NCBI GenBank assembly: GCA_965644265.1
Contig: OZ286477.1
Span: 29,202,001-29,266,000 of the forward strand
Direction: 5' to 3'
Length of the DNA stretch: 64,000 nt
Origin: Glycera tridactyla
Lineage: Eukaryota
Below are positions 41,428 through 53,284 of this stretch, in pieces. Below the pieces are notes generated by a model that was not told the DNA's origin, did not search any database, and saw only the letters and a list, made by a program, of their open reading frames with translations. The translations under genes and the position numbers were made by a program. Every line of letters begins with the position of its first letter. Position 1 is the first letter of the stretch.

Positions 41428-42041
41428 CCTAATACAGCTGTGTCAATTTCTTTTACACAAGTGATTGATTTCTTGCAAACTGAAAAATACCATTAGTGTC
41501 AACAGTTCCAATTATAACAAACTGGTTGAGTATGTACAGCACATTCTGTGGGTGGCTAAAGTGTCACATGACTTATTCAAAGCAACGAGGTATATGTAGC
41601 GGCTTACACTAGGCATATCCAGTTAGCTATGTAATACAATTTAATTCTTGACTACATGTTACGTCACTTGGGTACTATTCCATAAAATGATAAAGGAGAG
41701 TTGGAAAATCAAGCGCCAAAGTATTGCCCCGAGTCGCAAGCGGCTTAAAAGCTACTAGAACAAGGCGCCATCAGAGTCACTTGGGTTCCCAACTATCACT
41801 GGTACTGATTGTATGAACATATGGGTAGTCCTATACGCGTAGTCCATGTTGTTATATATAGTTTCCAAAGATCACGACAGACAATCAAGTGGGGCTGATC
41901 ATGACTCAAGGATGGTTTAGCCTAAGCAGCAAGATAGCGACTAGTACCCTCCCAAACCAGAATTCATGGTCAGTCCCAGGCGATTTACTTACTGATTATG
42001 CCAGAAAAGGGCCACTAAGGGGGACAGATCACTTAGATTTC

Positions 42042-43080
42042 TTAGTTTTTGATAAGGTTGGCCCATATGTCAAGAATCTGGCCTATGATACTAAGGCAAA
42101 AGGCCACATTTCCAGTGTCGTTTAAGTGAGTACGGTCTAGCAGCATCATTCCAGGCAAGATCGCTCCGTAGTTGTTAGGTTTCTTCTTTTGCATACTATC
42201 TAGGGAATACATGTTTTCAAAAAGCCTGAAGGTGTGGAGAAGTTTCACTGTATGAAACTTGTCGTTTCTAAGCACTCGAGTCACATACTTATCTAGTTGC
42301 ATTGCAAACGATTTCGTATGAGGTGACCAGTAAGGCCTCCAGATGATAGGTACATAACATATCTTTACGCTGGGGAAGTACATCCTTGTGTCATTTAACA
42401 GACCATTGATCTCATACATTAAAGTTTGCAGTCTAGTATTCTTTTCTCGCATAATGAGGATAGTAGCTGTCCGAGTATGGCCATGTCAACGGTATGTTCG
42501 TTGCACCCATGTTTCAAAGTTTCCAACATCATTCGATCCCAAGACCCATACTACTATAGCCGGTCGTATATCACTATTTATGAGACGAAACCACGTATCA
42601 CCATACAATACCATTTTGCGTTTGTCCTTGAAGTTACCACACATTTCTTTGCATATTGTGCCAAACTTAGCACCGCTTATCCCCTTGGTATGCCAGTTAC
42701 GTGTAGCCGTATAGAGTGTAGTAGTGGGATTTAACCTGCTGAGGGTATCACCTAATCTAGACACATGGCTGGAACCCAGAAATAGAACCTGGGGAAATCC
42801 ATGTCGGGCAAACGATCTTTGCCGTGTGAGTATCGGATGGTGTTTCCGGTCGATTTCATTTCTTCGTTCCGCGTCTCTTTCCGCTTGCAGTCGACTCACC
42901 TGTAACACAGGCGTATGAGTCCTAAGATATTGTTTTCTTAAGGATTGCCAAGTTTCAATAAATACATATGACTTAGTAGTTCACGTGTTATAATATTATT
43001 TAGTATGAAAACATTTTGCTTACCGAGTTGATTGATTGTCGGCTATGATAAATTTCACTAGAGCGTAGTATATATGCCAT
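42042..43080 (-). CDS. SGNH/GDSL hydrolase (esterase) ORF within the LINE; predicted exons 43080-43024 and 42899-42042; one premature TGA at 42488-42486
   Basis: One frame 42899-42042 carries all four SGNH blocks: FLGSSHV (42776-42765), KGISGAK, VLGSNDV (42539-42528), LDRTHLN (42137-42126). Track ORFs 42486-42908 and 42042-42452 are in the same frame. SGNH identity is strong; the exon 1 model is inferred. Confidence 0.85.
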
Positions 43081-45174
43081 CTTTCGAAGCAGTGACTTCG
43101 GCCGAGCCCAGTGTACTAAGCGTTTTGAAATAATTTTTGAGTGGCAGCGTGCCGGGGGGGGGCTTGTTTGCGACCCGCGGCGTCATTCAGTTTGCGAGCT
43201 TTGCAGTTTGCCATGCATTCGTATGCAAGGTCGGACTTGCAGCATCAATTTTATTTTCCAACGATCGCAGTTTTTCTTCTGAGGCTTTGGCTGACTTGGG
43301 TGTAGTTGTGTCCATGTCAACCCCTTCACTCTCATTTTTATTTATCGGTTTGGGAAGGTTTTGCTTTACCGGGGAGGGTTTGGTAGGTAATGGGGCAGCC
43401 AGCCGTGTTGGCCATTCCGTTGACAAAGATTCTTTGACCTGTACTTGCGTATTGTCAATGACTGATTTGTTGTATGTTCTACTATGCCCTTTGGTCGGTG
43501 TTTTGGGGATACTATCATTTAGCTTACGTATTTCATTATACTTGCTAATTGTCAGGCGTCAACTGTCAGGTGAGGTTGTGGCATGAACAGATCCATCTTG
43601 TGTCCAAGTGTTGTGCAGTAGGTTTTTTCGTTTTGCTGACCGTGCCTGGAAGAAGATACTGCTATTATATTCCGTGAGATGTTCACGTAGGAACCATTCA
43701 GTCCCACGTAGTAGGCCTTTAGCTTTGACAATCTCACGTCTAATCCCGGGGTTAGTGAACCTGACCAGGACAGGTTTGGGTTTACCATCTTTCTTGTCGG
43801 GGCCAAAACGTGAGCATTGCAGTATATCTCCTGGTTTGATAACAAGTTGAGCCTTTCCTTGATAAAGTTCGAGATTATTTGGGGTAAATGGACACCTTTA
43901 CTGTGAGCGATGCCTTCAATTATCAACACACTGAGTCTGTCATTACGTTCTAGTTGCTCAATTTTCGTATCAAAAATAAACATGTGCTGACCATGGATCC
44001 CGACCATTTCTTTGGTCTGGGCTAGCTCAGCTTTGCACTCACATTCCACCTTGAGCTTTGACAGTTTGTCATTTATTCGCTTCTCTACAATATTATCAAT
44101 ATTATTTTCAATTTCGGAGATTCTGAGTTCATGTCTATTGGCGATGGTAGCAGATTCATCCATATGATTTTCTATGGTTTGAATTTTGGCTCTAAATGGT
44201 TCAACACTCTTTTTCACCTCAACAGCAGTAGCCACTTGAACCATGTCTGGTACTTCATGTTGGAAAGCGCGAGCAATTTCATCTTTGATAATGTTCTTCA
44301 TCGATGACTGTACCTGTTGGGCATTCAGTTCAAGTTGCAGTTTCATTTCATTACGTAGCATGGACATTGTTTGTGATATAGACGTTGTCATTTCTTTTAG
44401 GCTATTTTGGGTAGATATACTGAGTCGGTTTGCAATAGTATGCATTTTCGCTACTGGATCATATTGGGTTAGCGGAGTTGGTTTCGTATTCAACTGGGCG
44501 GGTTTACTGTTATTGAAAATGCGCCACTGGTCGGAATCAAGTTTGTCGTCACAGTTGAAGGGTAGAGAGCTGTTCAGTGGGGCGTGGGGTGTATCGGCTA
44601 TACCCGCCGGGTCTAGGCTCACATTCACTAAGTTCATATATTGATGCGCCTTTGCCATTGTGCTCGTTGTATAGCTAGGAGAAAGTGCTGAAAGGGCCCC
44701 CATGTCTATCACACCTTCACTGGCAGCTCGTGCTGGCGAGGTTTTCGGTTCGAAACCCGGTTTCATGCCTTCGTCTAAACTAAGCCCCGATAGTCTTAAT
44801 GGCGAGTACATTTGTATACTGGATTCATCAATTTCAACACTGTCACTTAAGAAAGAAATATTGCTATTGAGAGGGTTGTTGAGTGTAGTAAGTGACTTAT
44901 CTTCGGTTATTGGCATGTCCAGAAGGTCCGGTGTATTTTGTTTTCCTCGCTTTTGGTCCTCTATGTTGATCGGGGTATTTCGTTCCACCCTTTTCTCATT
45001 TTGATCGTTTGGTGTAGTAGCCATCTTGGATTCGATATCCTCGCCCGGTTTAGCTAGGAATAAATCCGCTGGTGTGACTAGGGTATTTTGTCCTCCCTTC
45101 AGAGCTCTTCTCGTGGGGGTGCTTGGTGGTTTCCCATACTCGTTCGTGCCTGTATCCAACTTTTGCGTAGCCAT
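43058..45174 (-). CDS. LINE ORF1, L1-type (disordered N-term, coiled coil, RRM, CTD), disrupted by a 1-nt deletion (~43845) and TGAs at 43561-43559 and 43189-43187
   Basis: Heptad-rich region then EQLERNDRLSVLIIEGI (RRM start). After a -1 shift the frame reads IKPGDILQCSRFGPDKKDGKPKPVLVRF...FLREHLT...NTWTQDG, the canonical RRM-CTD motifs. That frame continues through ORF 43187-43426 to TAG 43060-43058. Confidence 0.9.
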
Positions 45175-45199
45175 AATCGTTCATAAATCAATGGTTAAT

Positions 45200-45243
45200 C
45201 TCCCCGCGATCCGCTCGACGTCTATTCACTCATCACGTGACGG
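45200..45243 (-). promoter_or_regulatory. Candidate internal promoter at the LINE 5' end
   Basis: CpG cluster with E-box GTCACGTGA (CACGTG 45234-45239) and GACGTC (45217-45222), 40-70 nt upstream of the ORF1 ATG. Function is inferred only. Confidence 0.3.
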
Positions 45244-45589
45244 TTGATCCGTGAAAGGAAAATTGGAGTTGATTGATTGTCCCTCCACTATTGAGACAGC
45301 TACCAAATTGTATTTGGGGAAAGAACAAGAGGTGAAACACAGTTGCCTGATGGATGGGCGAATCTTGATTTTTTTTGAGAGCCGGGACTACTTTTGCCAA
45401 ATCATAGCTCTCTCTCTCTACACAAGTAGCACAGCGTATTGTGGCTGAATAACCACTTTGCCAGGTTTCATGGATCACTCCGCCCTTTCATGAATGAAGT
45501 TGTAGATAGCGTGTGTAAAACCAGCCAATCAGAGATCAGCTCATGGGCCATAACGCTATGAGACAAATCCACGGGTGGCTTGCTCATGA

Positions 45590-45598
45590 CTCTCGCTC

Positions 45599-45637
<39 letters not shown>
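45590..45637. repeat. (CT)n microsatellite
   Basis: Directly visible. Confidence 0.95.
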
Positions 45638-45640
<3 letters not shown>

Positions 45641-48040
45641 ATCTCTCGGCGCACGTGGGTGCTCTTGTTCTCTCTCTAATGCTGGAATATGACTTTTGTT
45701 CTTGAGCCAGGTATTTGAAACCTGTGTAATGTGTCAGGATGTGCGGATGGTAAAATGATTTCACAATAGGAGTAACTATACAGATTCAGCTATCACAGAA
45801 CTCGAGTGTCATTGTGTGAGAAAATTCGATACGAAATGCACTGAGAAAATATTCACCTATCCGTGCTTGGAGATATTTCAATCAGCAAAAGGAAGAATAA
45901 TTACGTGCTTGACCAAGGGGCAGATTTGTTGAGGGAAGGAGTGGCTGGTCCGATGGGATTGAATCATGGTGACTTGAGACTTGGCTGGAAAAGGCATCAT
46001 TCTTATCCGTGGTCGCGTACACACTATCCATCACTGTGTTAGAGACAATGGACAATTGAGTAGGACACCAGACCACCATTGATGTCATTTGCAGCAAAAA
46101 AGGAATGATTAATTCAGCCGATCCATCAATCTATTCACGCCTGCTCTCTTGGAACACCCTTCCTCCAAAGTCCTTGATCAACTCAAGGACATGGGATTGA
46201 TCTTTTTGAACTATAGAATGGAAAATTCATATGTATTTCACCTACTGTCACTCGGCTATGATCAATTTGAACAATCGGAATACCATTTGTACCCAAAGTA
46301 CTCGATCAATATCATATCATCGGATCGGTGACTATGGGGACAGAAATTTCCTAGAGAAAAGATTATGAAAGCACACCATGCATGGCGAATTTGGCTAAAT
46401 ATTTGTGAAAGCTCAATTTCTTCTCGGAGACTCCGATATAATGAGTTCTAGTGAATGAAAGACAAGTTGCACCAACAATACTCATGCTGTCGGGATAAAC
46501 GCATCAGATCGAGCATATATGAAATCCCCCCAAAAAATATCTTCTCTAAAATATAGAGTACACCAGCCTATACATGCAACAGTGGGGGTTCAACAGTGTG
46601 GACGTGATCAGGTGTTACATTTCGTGCAGCCTAAAAAATCACTCGAGTCATCAAATCATTCAATCATCAGAATCTCATCTCATTGATTGATACTCGAATA
46701 ATGCCTCCTTCTACCATCAAAGGGTCTTACTGGTCACCAATAATATGAGAGAGATAGTCCTTGAATTGATGAATGCAATTTCACAGTCCGACATCTACAC
46801 TGAAGCTTAATTTAGATATTGCCCATATATTCGCACCTTTATACCACTCTTCTATCTTACCTCTTGCGAATATGTTCAGAACTTTCCACATTGCTGGCCA
46901 CACCACATAGTCCTCAACTTGTTGTGCATCTACTTGATTACTTAATGCAGACCCCTGAGATCCTATTAAGGACAGATGAGACCCTCGGCGACATGCTTCT
47001 CGAATATCTGGCAAATAGCTCATCACATTTCTAACGGAACTCAGATTCGAGCACGATAGCAATGCATTGTGAGCCAAAACTAAAAAGAAATAGAATTCAA
47101 GGGTGAAGCCAAGCCGTGATTTCATCTATCCAAATATTGACTTCTTCGAAAGAAATTCTTATGTCAATAAAACGTTCGGCTCTATACTGTATCTCATCTA
47201 TGAGATCTTTTTCGTCATGATCTGAGAATATCCGACTGATATCTGATGATATATTTACCTAGAATGAAACCTATGATTCAAGCCTGACAGCATGGTATGA
47301 TAAGCAAGTCAAGAAGCGAACATTCAGGAACAGAAAGTGCATGATTGTAGCAGAGTGAGCATAGTGTTATCTTCATCCAGCTGACACTACTAGAATCATT
47401 AGTCCATACAGGCAGCAACAAAAATCCCATTCCACTGTAGATAATGACGGAGTGTTGGCCGGGGTCATCCTAGGGTGTTTATGTGGGCTTTGATAGATGG
47501 TTAGATGAGGGCGATGGGAGGGCTATTTGTGATGAATGATGGGCCCACAGCTAGAACTCTATCTTTCCTCTGGACATCCCATCCACAATGGATTGATCAA
47601 TAACCACATTATACATCCCTGAATGTCGAATCACTAATTGGATTCGGTTCCCATTGGATATTCGGATGCTGATTATATAGTACCCATACTAAATACGTTG
47701 TTTGATGTGTATCTGAAATGCTGGGTATCCTGACACCTTTCTGGCTACCTACTCATCGAAGGAATAATTTCATCAATAGGAGCAACAACGTATTGAACTG
47801 TTAGACCAAATCTTACATCAAGCGAATGAAACTATTGGCTCAATGAATTCCACTGGTGAAGTTTTATTCAATCTCGACTCTGTCACTACGAGCTTTGAGC
47901 CGTTAGTAATCAGTTAGAACCGTGAACATAATATTGATAGTAATACAGATCGAAGAATTGAGAAGAGTGAGATGGAATGTCGAATACCTGTATCCAAGAA
48001 TGCATGCGTGGTGTTCAGTAAAAGAGTTGAATTCATAATA

Positions 48041-48581
48041 NNNNNNNNNNNNNNNNNNNNNNNNNNNNNNNNNNNNNNNNNNNNNNNNNNNNNNNNNNNN
48101 NNNNNNNNNNNNNNNNNNNNNNNNNNNNNNNNNNNNNNNNNNNNNNNNNNNNNNNNNNNNNNNNNNNNNNNNNNNNNNNNNNNNNNNNNNNNNNNNNNNN
48201 NNNNNNNNNNNNNNNNNNNNNNNNNNNNNNNNNNNNNNNNNNNNNNNNNNNNNNNNNNNNNNNNNNNNNNNNNNNNNNNNNNNNNNNNNNNNNNNNNNNN
48301 NNNNNNNNNNNNNNNNNNNNNNNNNNNNNNNNNNNNNNNNNNNNNNNNNNNNNNNNNNNNNNNNNNNNNNNNNNNNNNNNNNNNNNNNNNNNNNNNNNNN
48401 NNNNNNNNNNNNNNNNNNNNNNNNNNNNNNNNNNNNNNNNNNNNNNNNNNNNNNNNNNNNNNNNNNNNNNNNNNNNNNNNNNNNNNNNNNNNNNNNNNNN
48501 NNNNNNNNNNNNNNNNNNNNNNNNNNNNNNNNNNNNNNNNNNNNNNNNNNNNNNNNNNNNNNNNNNNNNNNNNNNNNNNNN
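48041..48581. other. Assembly gap (N run)
   Basis: Run of N. Confidence 1.
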
Positions 48582-49429
48582 GGCGCATTTATCCACATGT
48601 GTGCGCATGTTAGCGTGTGTTTGACTACGGATGTGTGTGATTACTTCATCTGGAATTCTCCGCTCACGAAATCATTCAAAGTGAGACAGAGTATGAGTCC
48701 CTTGCCAGCAGCACACTATCTTCAATCGCATGCGAATCCGCATATGACTCCCAGCATAATCATACAGTGCAGACTCACATTGTGTCCCCATGCACCTCCT
48801 CTCTTCGATATTACTGTGCGAGGCTACAATAACACTGATCTTTATGGAGAGAAGCACTCTTCATGAACAGATCACTCTTATATCAAATGCGGCCAAACAT
48901 GTCTAGAACGATATCGTAAGTATGAGATCTGAGATGGTTATCATGTGAAGAAATCCAGGTCATTTCTGACATATCCACAAAATATAATGCCCCCTGCTGA
49001 GCAGTATAGTACTCTTTGATAGACACCGCATCTATATATCATGGTATATAACCCACTAACATTAGAATTGCGAGACATTCAAGAAATAATTCAGCCCATT
49101 GCATGAGCGTCATAATATAGCCAAGATGGTGCTGAGGTGACGTTACATCTGAACCAACCAACCAACCACAAATAATTCAACATATACGAGAGCTCGCCAC
49201 GAGATGATAATACCAGTTATGTAGTTCTCTCCAAAGCAAACTGCGGCTGAATATTCAAATATCAAGCATGAATGTCCTTCCATGAATCTCCTGAGTGTCA
49301 GGGCCATGCGATGCTGTATACCAAATGTAATGGGTCAACATCAGCGCATATATCTCATGAAATAATGACGTGGACATTTCGACAGTCATATTACAAACTT
49401 ACCTTCAGTGTAATGGAATGAACTTCTCA

Positions 49430-50420
49430 TCTTTTGATCCACTATCTGCAAGGATTGATGACACTATGGTGATATGCCTAAGGCATCTGTTGATGTGACA
49501 GGGTCTTTGATTGATCGTAATTCTCGTGGCGATCATCAACATCTCCTAACACAAGATTGTCAGCACTGATGACAATTCATGATAGAGTACCATCACTGAG
49601 CAGCCTCTTTGAAACAAGCAGACTGTCACTGCTGAGGTGGCATCGAAAATTTCGTGGATGATGTATGCGATATTTTCCTGAACTCTGACGGCGGTATTCT
49701 CAGGTCTCTGCAGTCAACTAAGATGCAGTCATTGAACACTATATGGTGCGGAAACCAACCAGAAAGGTTGTCAAGCGGAATTACCTGATGAGGAGGTGAC
49801 AGTGTGATATAGTAGAACCTGTCCAAGTCATATACTTTATGACATCCACTGGGAAATCTGTTCTTCAGTGATAGCATTGCTGAGCAAATCACTTGTGCCA
49901 GAAGTAAACTCTCGATGGGATAAGATCTGTCAGGTGGACAGGCATATGCGTCCAGCATACTTAGGTGTATATATACAAATGCTGATGAAGCAATCATCCA
50001 AGGACTAGTACCTTTGTCAAACAAGTCATTCATAATATCCTATGTGATGCCCATATGGTCCATGATGCTGTCGACCTACACTCCGTCTCTCGACTATATA
50101 TAATGTTCAAAACGAGGAGGTGAATTGGAAGATGACGACTAAGAAAAAGGAAAAGAAAGAAGAAGAAGAGTAGGAGAAAGTTGAAGAATATAATGAAAAG
50201 AAAGAAGAATGAGATGAGAGAAAGCAGAGGGCGGAACAGGAGAGTGGTTGGAGGAGCAATAAGTAGCAAGCTAAGGAAATTTGGGATGTATAACCATGAA
50301 ATCCATCATTGTGGCCAAATGTATTCGTGGAGTCATTCAGGACAATCGGACAAGAAACACAGTGGCCAACTGGCAGGATGCATTTGCATATTCTAGCATG
50401 CTTAGTATGTCTCAAGAGGC
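49430..50420 (-). pseudogene. Decayed class A GPCR (N-term to TM6)
   Basis: NDST sequon and hydrophobic TM1 (ORF 50107-50415); AFVYIHLSMLD (LxxxD TM2), VICSAML and LDRFYYITLSP (DRF at 49823-49815) in ORF 49626-50033. Confidence 0.55.
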
Positions 50421-50429
50421 TGGAGCATT

Positions 50430-50950
50430 TGCGGATCTACTACTCGTCTGTGATTATATGTACAATCAATAGATATATGCTAATGTCCAGCAATTGATGA
50501 AATTGATGACAAATGAAAAATAACTGTGTCCCTGTTGGCTAGCTGAACAATGACGATCAGTCATATAGAGAATATCATCAGGAAAACCAGTATGATGAGG
50601 CATCATGATAACAGTGATAGATGATAGATGCCAACACTCCAAGTAGCTGACTTATCATGTTTTCCTCTCATGAGACCGCACTCTCAGGCTCTCTCCCATG
50701 AATTATCATCATAATTCCCCGATTCGGCCTATTGTAGTATGTATTTGATCAAGTTTTCAGGCTCAAATTTGATGATGGATGCTATTAGCGGAGCATGAAA
50801 ATAAGTCATCCATGGCCTTTGTGTGACGTCGAACTGACTCATCCATAAACCATCACACAAGGTCAGAATCGATGCAAGACCATTCCCTGGGATTCTGATA
50901 AGCTCAGCTGTCACCAGATAAGGAGCCTGCCCAATGTTTTCTCCTGTTTG
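50430..50950 (-). pseudogene. Decayed class A GPCR-like fragment (TM5-TM7)
   Basis: MTYFHAPLIASII (TM5), HERK..ISQLLGVLASII (ICL3/TM6), FVINFINCWTLAYIY (TM7-like). Confidence 0.4.
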
Positions 50951-51159
50951 TTCTGTTGTGATAAAGAAGTCTAATCTTCCCTCTTGTTGATTCAGCTGAC
51001 GCCATGTTTACACTACCCAGGAAGGCACCGACTCAATGTTCCATTCTAAGCCATGAATGGTCTGAAATCTGCCTATGTCTGTGTCTCTCTCTGATCATTT
51101 CTCAGTCCATGTTAATATGGCTGTCCTAGTCCCTTCGCTCAAGCCGCCTCTTTATTCAA

Positions 51160-51250
51160 TTGATTGTCTGTCTGTCCGTTGGCAGTTTGACTGTCAGTTG
51201 ATCTGGCTGTTTGTCTGTCTGTTTGTTTGACTGTCTGTCTGTCTGATTGC
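51160..51250. repeat. Degenerate (CTGT)n microsatellite
   Basis: Directly visible; a related (CAGA)n run lies at ~55785-55815. Confidence 0.8.
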
Positions 51251-53284
51251 CTACCAGTATGTCTACCACCCTGTTTGTACTATAGTCCACCAGTCCATTT
51301 GCCTTCCTTTCTCCGTCCTTTTCGCATGCCTTGTTGTCTTTTCTGTCTCGCATTTCGTTCGTTTTTATGTGTGTGAATCTCATAGCTTATCTCATTGAAC
51401 AAGCAGGCGTCTTCGAAGACCCTAATTATTTGGGGACATATGAATGTATGCCTTGCTGGCGAGAAGGAGAGCAACCAATCACTGTTCCAAGCAATCTATT
51501 TGTCAATGATGCCATCATTTATAAGGCAGATGTTGAATTCTTGTGATCGTGAACACATCAATAATCGTACAGACCTATGCACACATAAACATGGCACTAA
51601 CGAGATCGACTCCTTTGCTGAGGCTTGTCAAAGGTAGTGTGAGATGTTCTTCCTATCGATTTCGAGCCAAGGTGATAACTGTTAACCCAACCCAGGACAA
51701 CATATGGTCTGGAATAGAAGATTCTCTGAATATTGTAGTGAGATGTTCAAATCACCTCTATGATCGTGCAATACGGAATGTACTTTAGGCCCGATTTCAG
51801 AAATGAACTCCTGAATTGGCAAACCATGAACAAGTGACGTTTTTGAGTGACAGGCACCAAGCAACAGGAAAGAAGAACATAACAGCTCCGACAAATCGAA
51901 TGCATTCTTTGTACGTTCTTTGGTGTTATGGTTCAGTGTCTCACCAGAATATCACTTTCTATATAATGAAAGCCATACTATAGGATAGGTGGGATCACCC
52001 AATATCAATCTTGAAATTCTATGATAAGAGGTTGAAATGAACGTGTCAGCACCATCCAATATGTACATTCTATAACAAGACAAAACCAGATGAAATTGAG
52101 TAGAACAAAACAACCACGAAAGCACTACTGAAGTGCTACCTCGTATGCAGTGCGTTGCTAGTCATGGGTCAGCAAAGTTCCATGATTTTTTTCGAATATG
52201 GCAGTGGTATTGAAGAAGTGCGGCTCACTAATAGGTATATGTATTGGTATACGGGTAAATATCAGGAAGATTGATATCGTTCTCCAAAGATCATGTTCAA
52301 AATCATCTGAATGCTGAATAAGAGCGCCGAGTGCTCACCTGATTTTGAGCTTATCGGGGAACCATTACAGCTAACTCAGTGTCATGGAAGTGGGATGTCG
52401 AATGACAGGCTTATGGATCCAACTATGAACAGCCATCATTTCAGGGAGCTGGTATATTGTTCTGGTCAAGCATGCAGATGGATCATTGATTACATGCTCT
52501 ACCTTTGGATTCTGGTTGAGGCGTATAGAATGGAAATCAAGCAGCTTTTGAATGAATTTGTAAAATGGTCACCTCCAATACCTGTCGAATAGATGCTTCT
52601 TGCTATCTACGGAGCAGGTTTGTTCCGAAAAAATCGGATATACTTCTGATATGACATATGTTCCTGTCCCAAAATATTCTTGAGTAAGCACAAGGTTCAA
52701 TTGACTGAGGAATGACAATGAAATCTTGAACCAGAATTCGTCATTAATGAACGACTTTCTACCAGGTAGTTTGTTTTGTCCTACGGGTCTTTTTGGGATA
52801 TGCTCACAAAGTGACTTCGGGAATGACTAGGCAGTGAAGGGGTTCATTGGACGAGTTGATGATGTTGGAAAAGAGAGGTAATATGTAGAGCGGAACAGGT
52901 ACAATGTGACATTTATGGCCCATATGTCTACTCACCTCAGCTGCTGAATTAGAGGGGGCTGCTGGTTCTCTCCTTCCGGGGTCCATATTGAGTGACCTGT
53001 CAGCAGCAATCTAGTAGAAATGTCATGTATGTCAGTATATGGCTCCCGGTACAATCATATATAGCTATCTGACTTCATGAATCTGCAATAAAATCGGGGC
53101 GAGGGGAGCACTTGGTTCTAACAGATGTCATAGACCAATGTTAATCTGTTTCTTTACCAGTACTCCACTCCTAACCCGAATCAAGCAGGCAATTCAAAGA
53201 ATATGCAAAATGCTACATGTGGGGAGAGAGAGAGAGCTGAAAGATTGAGGCATGAATTGGTGCCTGGGTGTTCAATTTGTTGAG

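Larger units (their letters stand above)
37782..45245 (-). mobile_element. Near full-length non-LTR retrotransposon, CR1/L2 group (L2/Crack/Kiri-like), three coding units
   Basis: 5' CpG-rich leader, L1-type ORF1, SGNH esterase ORF, APE-RT ORF2, ~515-nt 3' UTR, AATAAA (37812-37817) and (TTGAA)5 tail (37782-37806). The 5' boundary is approximate and no TSD was found. Confidence 0.93.

Noticed and set aside
42453-42488. Frameshift or second intron between the two esterase track ORFs
   Set aside because: Both ORFs are in the same frame (offset 444 nt); a single TGA explains the split.
45849-45856. ATATTCAC as a LINE target-site duplication
   Set aside because: The left match is not adjacent to the tail and the right match is ~600 bp beyond the likely 5' end; chance match.
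46781-47125. Overlapping 114-aa and 71-aa ORFs
   Set aside because: No recognisable motif; possibly decayed coding sequence but unsupported.
27358-48613. ORFs containing long X runs (27358-27710, 31280-31547, 35414-36370, 47903-48613)
   Set aside because: Artefacts of translating through assembly gaps.
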